Of a stretch of 64,000 nucleotides of DNA, positions 14,521 through 27,700 are shown piece by piece. How positions within the stretch are numbered: position 1 is the first letter of the stretch; each line of letters starts with the position of its first letter. Origin of the DNA: Phoronis australis (taxonomy: Eukaryota; Animalia; Phoronida); assembly GCA_002633005.1 (NCBI GenBank), contig NMRA01000022.1, positions 1,232,518 to 1,296,517 of the forward strand, written 5' to 3'. The translations under genes were made by a program, and so were the position numbers. Below the pieces are notes generated by a model. That model did not search any database, was not told where the DNA came from, and saw only the letters and a program-made list of their open reading frames with translations.

Positions 14521-15593
14521 TTCTCTCACATATTATATGTACTAGTAAAGTAACATTACACAACAACAACTCTTTAAAGAAGGAAGATTGGATACATGTA
14601 GTATGGATACTAAGGTACTACTTTCTTGGTATTTCGATTCCAGTTGGGGTTTGCAGTTTTGAAGGTGCGAAGTTCGTTTTCGACTGCCGGATATCTGTTT
14701 TACACCGAGGTTTCAATTTTGAGGAACCACCGTGCATGTGGTGGTCTCACGCAATGATATAGGACCTACGAATGTTCCCTATCACTAAGACACGTCCCTG
14801 TAACAAAATGTTACAGAATGGAGTTTACCTGCGTAAACATGTACATGTAAGTGCCAGGATATCTAGGGCTTAGGCAGGAAACCAGCTGGATGTCATACCT
14901 GGGCAAGCCTATAGCAACCGTTGATTTACACTCAATCTAACCAACAAGACACATACTTCACTAGTGTGTATTTTTATTTTGCTTTCATTTTCTTCATTTC
15001 TATGGAAACAGTAAGAACATAACGTTTTGTTTTTATTCAATAGGAAGGAGAACCATTTCAATTTATTACAGGTTCACCCGATCTGCTTCGTTGTATAATC
15101 AGGAGAAGTTTTCCCATCGTTATTTTCGTTTTAAGATAAAACTGTAGCAAAACCTCTGGACAATTTCTTTCCTTAATCCTTCAAAACAAATTTTTATGTA
15201 TTTAGCATATTGAATGATACCACTGGTCACGAATTATTTTAATCAACTACGAGACAGGAGTAGGTCAGTGGCTGCCACATACATTACAATACTGGCGAAA
15301 ACCTAATCAAAGGAAAAACGTTCGATTTCTCTGCTATCATTGTCAGCTACGTGAAGCATGTGCATCGTAATAAAATATACCAAATAGTGCGTGTATATTT
15401 TTAACCAAAGCAAAACGTTATATTAGCACTAACAGCCACAACCACAAATTTCTCGCAAGATTATTCCGTTTAAAAAATGTTAACAAAGTTACAATATACC
15501 AATGCAAATTAGTCTACACAACAGACAGATCCTAATCGGCATTTCACGTTTCTTCATCCAATGTTCTTTCCAATGCTTGCGCTCTGATTCTGG

Positions 15594-15766
15594 CTACAGA
15601 TTTTCGTCTAATTTCTTGATTTGCAGCTCCCTCATACGGCGCTTCGTATGACATACCACATAGATCGCAGTTGCAACTGACGCTGTCAAGAGCACTAAAA
15701 GAGTAGCCAAAATAGGGAAAAACACTTGCGGGTGGACAAACATGTCGCAGTCTTTCACGGGAGTAG
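15594..15766 (-). CDS. ZP gene terminal exon: transmembrane helix and cytoplasmic tail
   Basis: tttgtag| then (A)TPVKDCDMFVHPQVFFPILATLLVLLTASVATAIYVVCHTKRRMRELQIKKLDENL*. Phase 1 matches the upstream donor. Confidence 0.88.
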
Positions 15767-18700
15767 CTACAAAGGTAAAAATGACACTTTAAGGATATGT
15801 AGGATCTTATCGACATTTCTCACATAACCTGGCATGTGTTACGACACGACTGGTTAATAACACCGAGTACGTAATTTTTTTAATATTATATGGGCGAATC
15901 ACAAAGTAGTGCAAAGCAGATATCCATACGCTTTACATGTTATCGTCTGCAAAACACTGAAACAACCAAACGCACGCCAACCAAATAATGCCGGAATTCT
16001 GAGATGGTGACAAGGTTATGATTGACAAATCGGGTGTCGCAACTGTACGTACTCCCAGTCGGAAGGAAATGCAAACAATTTCTTAAACGGATCCGTCTTC
16101 GGCGACAAATTCCATAGAGAACTACGTTTATTCAAACGGAGACGAGCCCCAACTCAAGAAACGCGGCGAGACGGTCTAGCTGTGCTGTTTCAAGGACAAT
16201 TCATGGCTCACGTGCAGGGAAACCTTGCTGACTGTTATTTATAAACATCTTTTTTTAAGTTTTAATATTACAACTCCAAGGACAATTTTGAATATTGACT
16301 ACGAAAGCTGAATGCAATTTACAATTGTTAAGCTTAAAAAAGTATTAACAAAAAGTAACTGAATTAGTTTGCATTGCGCAAGCGTGTTTTTACAAAGGTT
16401 GCGTCATGTGGTGAAAGTTTTAGACACGTCGAGTTTTTCAGCGAAAGATCGTTTTCACTGTTCATGTGAGAAAACGAGCGTCGGGATTTTGATGAAATTT
16501 CCATGAGGCTTGGCCCGTGTCAAAAACCTGAGACTCGTGTAGGATTCTCTGTGTCTGTGCATTTAACAACATGATTTTTTGACTTTTTAGAAAACTGATA
16601 CTAATTGGGTCAGGTGACCATGTCTTCTCAGTAAAATTTAGCGATCGATACCAAAACAGCGGTATCAACCCCACGATCAAGGTTTATTTGATACAAATAT
16701 CTAAGGTGAGTATTATTATTTTTATTATTATCATTACAATAATAAATACAGTAATAGATACAAGGTACAAGAAATTTAAAAAATCATTATGAACATCATA
16801 TGGATAACACCAGAAAATTAAAAACTTATTTCCGTGGTAGTCTATGCACAAATTATGAAAACTAAAGTAAATAAATATTACGAATAAATAATAAATTGAG
16901 AACAATTACATAAGAGGAATGGAACATCTCAAAGAAACCAGGTATAGGTGAAAATGACAGAATGATGAAGTGACATGGTAAATGACAAATAAATAGAAAA
17001 ATAGCTAAATAAATTAACTCAATTAATATATAAAGTCGGACTTATCACTTCTATCACTAAGGTTAAATAGATATTATTTGATTTGTCGTATAAAAGTATT
17101 TCCAAAAACAGTCTCCTAAAATGAAATTCCGTTTCCGTTTGATCAACTTTAAAGAATTTTATGAAAATTGCGAAAGTGCTATTTTGATAGCTTCTCACGC
17201 AAAAGTAGAACATTGTTGGAACAATTCCTAAGCGTGTGTTTGAGAATAGTGCACAAAGCATTGTATCCGAAAGTTTCGTGTTATTTCAATTAGCCGTTTT
17301 TGAAATGTGATGTTCCAAAATGTGTCAAATTTGGCCATTTGTATAGGGTACTGCATGCCCTTCAACAAACCGTTGGGGTATTTGAAACTAATTAACGGAA
17401 AAGATCCATGGATGCTCAGGGGTCTGTTTCTTGAAAGGTCACTGAAATCCTAAAACAGAATTTAGCCTTACCTCCCACGTCACACATGCTGAATAAAGGT
17501 TATAGTCAAATAGTTAGGAGTGCATCACAGTTTAGAAATGCAGGTACTAATAGAAAGTACTTCGGTAAGTAGTAGTCGTGTATATTCTCAGAGACTGCTC
17601 TTTTGCTAAAGTGAGACTTAATAAGTTGTCCCAAGTAGTTGAGTGGAGCGAACGACCAAATGTATGTCTTATGTCCTAAGTCACTTTCATGAAACAGAGC
17701 CAGGTTTTGCAATATCCAAATTTTTATTTTGCTTCATTGTGATGGAGTATCAAAACTCACTTTCCTCTTGATAAAAAGTGATGAAACCCTGCTACTGAAC
17801 TGCCACATAATATGGCGTCATAAACATGTATTTAACTGCTATGTCCTCTACAGTATTTGTGGGTATTTGTAAATGTTTTTTGGATTTTATAAACGTATTT
17901 ACAACATGTACATGAAAAGGAGCCAAAAGTGCATCCCACCAACTCCCAGTTATTATCGTCACTTTATTACATGTATGCTAATATCTAACACGCAGCGGAC
18001 ATCAGACAGACTGAGCTGAAAACAACCCCACACACACATCGTGTTGATGAATGTCTGGCTAACACATGGTCTTCAGACCATTCAAAAAGTGAAACAGCCA
18101 AATTACACCGACTGTTGCTGCATCCAACACCGGTAACATCGAAGTTGTCGTCTTTTAATGATCTAAGGAGACGCGACTCTACTGGGTTAGTCTGCTAAGA
18201 GAACGCGTCTCGTTAATCTGAGGAGTTTTGTCTGCCATCTATTTGACTTACCCGACATTAATTTAGAGTTGTTTAACAATGGTCCCTCAGTGTTAAACGG
18301 AGACCACAGTGAATAGCAGAATGAAGAAAAGAAACTGTCAATGAAAACAAAGAAAAAGAGACAGAGAAGACACAGAAGGATAAGTAAAAAAGAAACTGTC
18401 AATGAAAACAAAGAAAAAGAGACTGAGAAGACAAAGAAGGATAAGTAAAAAAGAAAGAAAGAAGAAAAACGATGAGAAGTAGATGAGTACGAAAATGAAG
18501 ATCGTCGGGTATTAAAAACGAATCGTTTTAAGGAAGGTGAATTAAAAGATGTAGAATAAGGGGACGAAGGAGAAGAACAACAAAAACAATAAGAAGAACG
18601 ATAAGGGGAAGAAGATGGTTGGCACTAAAAATGAAGTTCTTGAAGGAAAGAGAATGTAAACGAGAAGACAAAAGGAAGAAGGAGAAGAGAAAATGAAGAA

Positions 18701-21700
18701 TATCAAAGACAACAACAAGATTGATATTGTCGGCACTTATACAACGCTTTAAACAAAACACTTAGCAAAGCTATTAGCAAGATTGCAGGCCTTTTAATGC
18801 GTCCATTTTCAGTGAATTTTAACATGCTCGTTGTGAGCAACTGCTGTTTTATGTTTTACAGTGTTAACAGGCACCCACTTTTCTTTGAGAGCATTGCCTT
18901 AAGCGGGGATTTCAAACAGAGCAGTCACTAAAAGCTTATAACTTAATCTCACTTCATTTCTGTCTGCATGGAATGAAATGCCTTAAGCGGAGTTTGGGTA
19001 AGCGATCTACTGTATGATTGGCTTAAAACCTCGTCTCCATTCCTAAAGGTGGCAACAAGTATAGGTTTAAAAATTTGAGGCTTGTTTATTGGAATTACTT
19101 TCTGCACAATGATTGGCCGCTGTCGTGACGTCATTAAAACAAAGGCATGCTTCAATTACTTTCACGGGTGTTGTTGCTGCCATTCATGAAGCAGAGATAT
19201 TGTTTTGGTTATTGTTTGAAATAAATGTATGTTGTTGGCGTACTTACTCTATTTTTATTTTTTTTTTCATTAACAATATCATATAAATTAAGCTGTTATC
19301 GAATCAAAGTACATGATCATTTTAGTATACATTTCTATGTTATACTACAGAAAATTCCAAAGTTGATATAACTTTATATTACTCGTGATATTCTTGCAAT
19401 GTCCGTATAATGTGTAAGAATTCTGACACATTTCATTTCCCATAACCAAGCCTCACATGGTTCAACCTATCAGCGTCATCTTGAGTCGAGGCTGGATTGT
19501 CTTAGTTCTCGACGTGGCAGCCGCGGTTTTACCAGAAATTGGTACATAAATAACAGACTATTGTATGTCTCCAATAATTTGTCCAGCTAATTAACTTTGT
19601 TAGTGTTCGAACAGTATCATTATTGAAGTTATTGTTATTCGCAATGTCGGTGCATAATACTCGCCAATACGGCAAATCGTTAATTTTTTCGATCATGTAT
19701 TACAGCCATTATTGTAAAGTTGTTTTCTAACACATACAAACAGAAAACAAAGATAAGACTAGGTTAGACTCTACCCCCATATTTTTGTCGCGAAAAATGT
19801 TATTAATATAGAATTCAATATTCGTACATGTATTTCTGGATAGGAACTTGAAACAAGTATCCTGATATATGATAACTTAAGTTCATACGAACTGCAAATG
19901 ATGAAACGAACAACATGTCAACCTTCCAACTTTTAGCATCTGACATCAATGTCCGCCACGTATGTTATGTTTCAGGCACACGCCTGTGCGTATTGGAGAA
20001 TGGGATAGCGTGAATTACTATGCTGCCATTTTTAACAGACAAAAATCATCTTATCCCATCGTGGGGTGTCCTGAGCCAACTGTTTCCTCAAAGTTAAGTT
20101 GAAGTTTGACTCCAGTGTACTGGAATTTTTACCTGTTGCAGACTTGTCGTATGATACCACAACAGCAGTTGATACGGTCGCCGAAGTCGTGCTGTTGCCA
20201 GTGGCACGCTTTTTCCGTGCTGCTTTGTTCACGCAAGTATCCTACAAATAGCATTTAATCGGTTAGCCAACACTAACGCGTATAATCGTGTTCATGGTCA
20301 CAATTATCTATAAATGTTACTGCGGATATTTTCGGACGCAAAAAGCATATCATTTTCGTAATTTCGAGCATCAGAATAGCAAGGCCAAGCGACTTTGCTT
20401 TTGGTAATGAGCTTCATTTCCAAGCCAAAGGTTACAAGGCTGTCACTCAAATCGAATCCACAGGCATAGAGCAGTTCCCTAAGTACTCTCAATCCTTTCA
20501 TTAGTCACCGAGTCGACATAATATTGAGTTAACGAGGTGTACATAGCATAGAAAGATGCCGCGGAAAACGAAGATAACAAGTAGTTTTTATCCGGACGTT
20601 GTTGTGCGTCTGCATGCATACGGGCGTTGAGAACGAATACACCGAGTAAGAGTCGCTGAACTGCCTCTGTGACTTAGTGTTCACTAACACAAGTTGTTAA
20701 AAAAAGATAAATCCCGGCATTCATTATTTTGATCGGTTATTTGAAATTTCGCCATTTCACTCTCGTGCTCACGACGCGCTTTAACTATGGACTCGATTTC
20801 TGTTGTCCACTGATTTCGTACTTGGTTTCTTGATATTATTCTCCCCGGCGTGGTGTGTATGCACAGAACTTTTGGCCTACATGTATTTACTGCTGGCTCC
20901 CCCTTCTTACCTAATTAACACGAGGTATATGAAATCCACGTACACACTTAAAAGATTTTAGTGATAATTAAGATAATTACGCCCCGCAAATTCAGTTGAC
21001 ATCGCGAGTGAATGTTGAAAGGGCGAACATGGTTAAGGCATACAGAGGTTATATTGACCGAAAACAAGTTTTCACCGCAGAATTAATTGAAGACTTTGAG
21101 ACTTTCAATACTTAATCAGCTTTTTCTTGGCTTCGGCAAATTGAGTGAACTTAGGAACACAAAAACGGCTCGGCGGATTTCGCTGCCAAAACCTTCCAAA
21201 CTTAATATTTAGTCCTCATTCTCAAAAACGATTACGACTTTCGATTTAAAGGCTTGGTTTTTGCGTAATGTAACTAAGATGAATACGAAAGCTATTTTTT
21301 ACAAAAATACCTTACGTTTTGCGAGTTGATTTGTCATAGAAACCAAATTAGAGACTAACTGAAAGTTCCCCAAAGCGTTTGTGACGTAAATGGTGACATT
21401 TTCATTTAAAAAAATTTCATTAACATCGACCGAGGCGCTATTTTGCTTCAGTGGATATGCCGAAGCCGGTCGAGAAAAAAGCGGAAAACCTCGCCCGGAT
21501 ATAACTTTTTATTTCAGTAATGAACACATTGCGACCACTTATATAATGGTCATCTCAGTCTGCACACTTTCATGGTGACCCCTCTGGCGGGTTTTTTCTT
21601 AGCCACAAATTAATTATTCTTCGCTAGTGTCTTATATCTGCGCATGTGGGAACATCAATCACAACAAGAAATCATGCGTCTGACAATGGAGAAAGCCTTC

Positions 21701-24700
21701 GAAAGCTCTGAAGTGCCCATGTCATAGCAGGGTTAAAAAAGAATGTTAACAGTACATCGGAAGGCAGGTTAAGAATTAAGAATGAACGCACGACTTAATT
21801 TGAGACCTGCTGGACTGAGGCCATGACTTTAGTCGTCGTTTGACCACAAGTAACGAAGGCTTTTTAACTTCCAACTAGTCGGACGTGAGATTTTTTACTT
21901 CGTTCTAATAACAAATGAAAACCCATAGTCATCATCCCTTTGCGATGCAACTCCTCGTAGCTCTGGGAAAAACTTTTGTCTAAATTCGAGTTTGTGTTTC
22001 TTTGAAGGAAGGTTTGATTGATAGCATTTGATGCACTGCAGGTGTGGTGTCTGAAGCACCGATAATTCCTCTCGGACTGAAATACATGTACATGTATGAC
22101 AATGTTTCTTTCTACGGTCGGACCTTTAAACTTTGAAGCTCCATAGCGTTACCTACAGGTCTACGTTGTGTTATCTCGATAAACATGATGCACAAGTACA
22201 TGTATCAAGCGCGATTAATGCGATTCAATGAGACCTAATTGTTTCAAAACATTTGCAAGACCAAAAAACACTTCTCATATGAGTAAGGAGGAAGTTCAGA
22301 CTAATTTTAGTGGTAACTGGTCCCCAGTTTCGTCGACAGAACGGGGGTTTATGGCCGCTGCAAGTATTCCAACACTTTAAAATGTAACTCAGAAAACGTT
22401 TGAAGGGCACAAATAAAAATGCTCACCCCGGCACATTTGTTGTCATTGTTCGCACAAAATTCGACATCCGCTGAGAAGCATAGCGTCTGAGAAGGCCCGT
22501 ACATGAACGCATTAAACGGTTTCGACAGAGTCGCCATGAACATTGAAGCCGTTTGAGTGTTGACAAATCCAACTTCCCCGTCGGTCATCCCCAGCTGAGG
22601 TTTAGCACAGTAGTCTACTACGAGATTAATTGCTGTAGAAGTCTTAGCGCAGTTCTCATAGGCGGTTAACGACTTTACTCGTAGCCTCGAGTTGGTCCCT
22701 AAATGGAAAGGACGAAATGTAATCATCAGGATGAATTAAACGGAAAATTTACCCAGATGAGTTGCTGTAACTATATTATGCATTACATGAAAGGTTGATT
22801 TTTATGTCTAGTTATGTTACACTGTATGACTAAATATATATAAATTTCAGTCGGGAACATACTAGGTTCAAAAGCATGATCTTTTAGCGGCTTCGTCTGG
22901 TATGGAACCTGTTATCAGAATAGACAATACAGAACACGAATAAAGAGAATAGTATTTCAAAACGCAAAGTTTGTATTCGCAACAACAACTGTAAATGGCT
23001 AAAAGAGACATAATCTACTGCAAGGGATGGCAAGAACTCCGCGGTCTTGCCTCTAAGTTCCAGCTACGATCTTCTGAAACCGGGACCAGCAGATTTCAAA
23101 ACTCGTGGCACAAATATCCAGAGCCACTGCCTTAACCTCCATACACGCCAAGGAACGAAGACCAAACTCTATATCCTGGGCATCGAATTTCTCAGCTGGC
23201 ACCTTCTTCCACTACTGTACACGGGATACACTTTACCTTATTCTATCAGTGTTATTTATATAATCGGAATGATATTTATATATATTTTTGAAAAGTAAAA
23301 AACATGGAGTTGCGAAGCAAAATTTTCAATACTTTTTGTGAGTAGTGCATTTTTCCCCAAACACGCTTGGGCCGATCGTGAAGAATCAAAGTGGCCCAAT
23401 ACTGGCGACTGGCTCAGAACGCACTGTTAGCGGAATGTCACCTTTGTGCACACCTTCGAGAGAGACATGAATTACAACATGTATGTTGCGTTTTTGTCAG
23501 CTACTAAACACGGGGTAGTGTGCACTGGGCTGAACGTTAAGTGATTGCATGGTGATACAAAGATGGAAAATGTATGGGTGGCGTTTCATAATCTTTGAGT
23601 CGGTGTTGGTGTCAACTATATGAATCTGGCCGCCAACTCTATCGATAACATCTGAGAAGTCGTTCGAAGCCGTGTGGCCTAACAATACTAAACTGACTTG
23701 ATGGTCGACTTTTTAAAGTCACCAATCAAGTTTGTTTTGTATTAAAATATGTCGCTCTATCACGTTTTCCCCCGAGTATTGTTGGGCGCAGGTTGTTACT
23801 AACCGGTGCTAATAACCTACACCAAGGTGAATGCCACTTAATGCATGGAGCGCAAACAGGCGCACGCACTAAATTGTGAGCCTTAGGCACATGCGCGTGT
23901 ATGTGTATAAAAATTGATTTGACAACACGCCTCTTCTCGCGTATAAGCGCATGAACTTAAAGGCGCGTTTATACAGTAATAGCAAGGAGTGTAATCCAAT
24001 AGGAGAGTTCACTTGTGAGCTCGCTGTTGTCACTACTACTAGCGCCGTCAAGTGGTGAATAAGCAACGGTCAAGTAGGAACCGCGAGAACAATGGAGAAG
24101 GTCGCATTTTGCAGTGCGATAAATTGCGTTAATTTATATACGAAAATCCCAGACGTGTCATTTTTACGTTTCCTAAGGCTCCAGAAAGGTAATGATTACT
24201 TGTTATTCAATAAGATGATACAATGACTTTCATTTTGAGTGTTCTGTGCACGGTTGGAAGACAAGTCAATCGCAGTCCTGGTGCCGCTGTCGTCTGCAGT
24301 TTAGGCTACTGTACAGGCTACGCTCTGCCTTCTGCAGATACGTGGTTGCCAATGTACATGTACGTCTACTAAAATTATATGTGAGAGAGAAGAAGAATGG
24401 AATACAGTGTTGTGGTGGTGATGAATTGTCTTGCTTTCTTCTTGCACCCACTGCACAAACCAGTTATCTGCCCTGGCAGCAGCCTGCCGTATTCAAAAGA
24501 GAACGTGGACATGAAACGAGCATTGAGCTGGGAATACTCTGTAATGAAAAGTTAGAAAACACACAGCATGGTACTGGGGTATGGTGGCCACCAGTCATTA
24601 CAAGCAAGTCCTTGGGGTCATGCACAAAACGAGGGCCATATTTTGTCATCACCTCAGCCCATGTTGTCAAACGTCAGGGGAACAAACAAAATTTGTGACG

Positions 24701-27700
24701 TTGGCTGGAGATCAACACTCATGAGGCACATCCCATTGTGTTTTACCTGTTTAACACTCCTCCCATGTGCTCCCCTGGAAGGGGGTAAACACCCATTTGG
24801 CGCCCACCTGGTTTTCACTCCTCCCTTGTACCCCTTTGCTGGCACCCTGGCGCAACCCCCACCTGAGCAATCACAAAAATTATGTAGTCCATGGTTTCGA
24901 AACCGGCCTCGGTTTCCGCAGAAATGTTATCTCACTAGTGAGATAACTACATGTAAATGGGTTATTACACGGTTGTATTGGCCATTCGAGGATAATATTT
25001 TAGGGTCGAATGCCCAATACAACTGTGTAATAACCCACTTAGTTATTAAACGGCGTAAGATAACATTTTGGCTCCGCAAGAGTTTCGAGTCGTCGACTTT
25101 GCCACTGCACCACTCAGCAGCTGTCGTCATCGAACGTGAAAATAGAGTGAGCACGCGCAATAACCGCATGTTCAACAAAGGGTATTGTACCGAAATTTAT
25201 ACGCTATGAAAAGTAAGACGCATAATTTCCATAAAAACATATTTTATCACTTAAAATTATCTCCCATTTTCTCTCATTTTTAAATCATCGATCTCCAATT
25301 TGAATGCGGGTGTCATGTCGGCGGGATCCCTTGGCTTGAGCATTTTGCTCAGTAAGCAGTTGTAACCTACTTTAGCAGACGATATTTTCACGGTCGAAGC
25401 TTAGCGTGATAAAATGTGTAGTACACTGTAAGCTAGACTAGTTGCTAAAACTTAATTTATAGATTCACTTCATTCCTACTCTGTTTGAACGTTCAATTGG
25501 TTTTGAGTAAACCATTATTTTGACAAAAATAACTCGGCTTTTCTTAAAATGTCACAACCTCTGACCCCGGATCTCTGACAAAGAAATTACTTACAAAGCC
25601 GAGGCGAATCGAGAAAGGTAGCTCGATTCTTCGCAATGTGGTATAAAATTATTATTCCTTCGGATGACAATTCTCGAAAATCCACTCAGGCTCTAGATTA
25701 CGGGGGATAACGACTTCGCCATGTAATAATCTACATGCATGCATGCATGCATTCATGCATGCCCTCCTTACTCGTGGCATTGTGGGTATATAGGGGTATT
25801 TCCGGTATCAGTCATGAACATAACTCAGCTATGCTACTGTAAACGCACCTCTTGTCGGTAGCTTCATGTCAACTCTGATTTTAACTTTGTCACCCAAGCT
25901 TAGTGTCTTGGTAATAACATAAGTGTTTGCTGTGGAGTCTTCTTTCAACACAATAAGGTGTAGATTCTCCACAGTTTTTTCGGCCGTCACTGTTTTTTGA
26001 AGAACACTGTAAGAAAGAAAATGCTTATTATATACCTCGTTCGTGTGCTAGTAACTCATGTAAATTTTACATGTTGCTAGACGTGTCTCCGTTTATGCAC
26101 ATAAAACATTCTGTGACCCTCACAGTCTATGCATATTTGTAGAAGGCAAAAAATATGAAATATGAAAGTTTAAAAAATGCAACCAAAATCGTAATCTGTG
26201 TCGATCTCCCTTAACATATATTTCGACTAGCTCGTGTGTTTCAGCAACATGCTGTCAAACATTACGACTAACTGTTTGCCGAAGTGTGGGTCGTGTCAGT
26301 GACGATGGGGGTGGTGGTGATAATGATGCTAACTGAATGGTGACGTTAGCGTGCAAGTGGCCGTGTAGCGTCGGCATTTGTTGTAGTGGTGAATATGATG
26401 CCCATAAAACTAATCTTAAATAGGACGACCAGAAAATGTTTTTATCGTGGGGCCTAAGGTGTTTTTAAAGTCCACAAATCCCCGGAGAATTCTCTCTCTC
26501 CCTCACTTCACTCTCCTCTTCGCACTCCCTCCCCCCGCCCCCTCTGTTTGCAGGCAAATAGAAAAGGCTCTGCTAACTGTTCATCGTTTTGAAGCAGCTT
26601 TCAGATTTCTGGAATAACTGAACACAAACACTATAAATTTTCGATCATGTTCCTTTCTGTTAACATTTTGGAAAGTCATGTATCTGTTGGTGGTATCGTC
26701 AACATTACTCTTACCCGGAAACTGGAATTTTCTCAACATTGTTGATGGTCTGTTCTTTAGGCAAAGTTGCGGCGAAGTTACACTCCGTCTTTACGATCGT
26801 GAACTTAAAATCAGAGGTACTGAACACTTCCGTATCTTGGTACGTGAGAAGGAAAGCGATGTCCTTGACTGGTGTTATTGCGCCGGATGCACTGTTTTGT
26901 TCCAACTAGATTGAAACATTGAACATGTTGTTATAGTAAATATATATACGCTGAGGTTGGTCAGTAGTGAAATACATCAAATAAACACACAAAAAATGAC
27001 GAACCCCAACAGGGAATCGAGTTGACAGCCTAATGTGGTAAGAGTTCCTGATATTTCTGTATTTATTTGAGACATTTCACTACTGGCTAACCTCAGCGTC
27101 TATCAGCGTTTATCTTGTAATACATGAGGTCTTGCGAGATCTTGCATTTTCGCCTACGGAACGCACACCGGAACAAGGCGGAAATTGTACTCAGTAGGCG
27201 TGTTTAAATGGTACAAGAGATATAATAGTCAAACACTATCGTGTTAACGACGACCAATATACACAAGTTAACACTCCGCTTTGTTCTTGTTCCGTCAAGA
27301 CAGGCTTCCGAGATTTCGAAAGAACTCTCCACACGGAAGCCTTTTCGTGTATCTATTTTCGTTTCAGGCACGGGAGAAAGAAATGGAAAAGATGTGACCA
27401 AATGTCATCTTTTTAAAATATTTTTCGTCAAACGACCTTTAACATATTTCACGGTGAACCTCTCACCTAATACGTGCTCAATGCAATCATTAACAAGTAT
27501 ATGTACCAGCAGATCGCGCTAAGCCTTATCTTCGAAACAAAACGACAATCTGTACTGAACCATATTTAGCCATGTAAGGCAGTGCACAAATCAAGCTCGG
27601 AAATTGTGTGACTAACGCAATAGGCGAGTTGGTTGATGGTAATGAGGAAAACAGCTAACATCACCACAGGGTCCATTTAAATTCGTGACACCAGGATGTG

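Noticed and set aside
15544-15816. 90-aa ORF in the track
   Set aside because: Wrong frame. The real coding frame is the spliced TM exon 15766-15594.
18187-18761. Hydrophobic membrane-protein-like ORFs
   Set aside because: Reverse translation of a GA-rich low-complexity tract.
23030-23135. tRNA-like A/B-box sequence (similar traces near 12800-12855 and 60060-60120)
   Set aside because: No cloverleaf. At most decayed SINE heads, which cannot be supported from sequence alone.
24568-25209. Longest ORF in the track (213 aa)
   Set aside because: Spans a TE remnant and a hairpin, is not preserved in the second TE copy, and has no recognisable domain.
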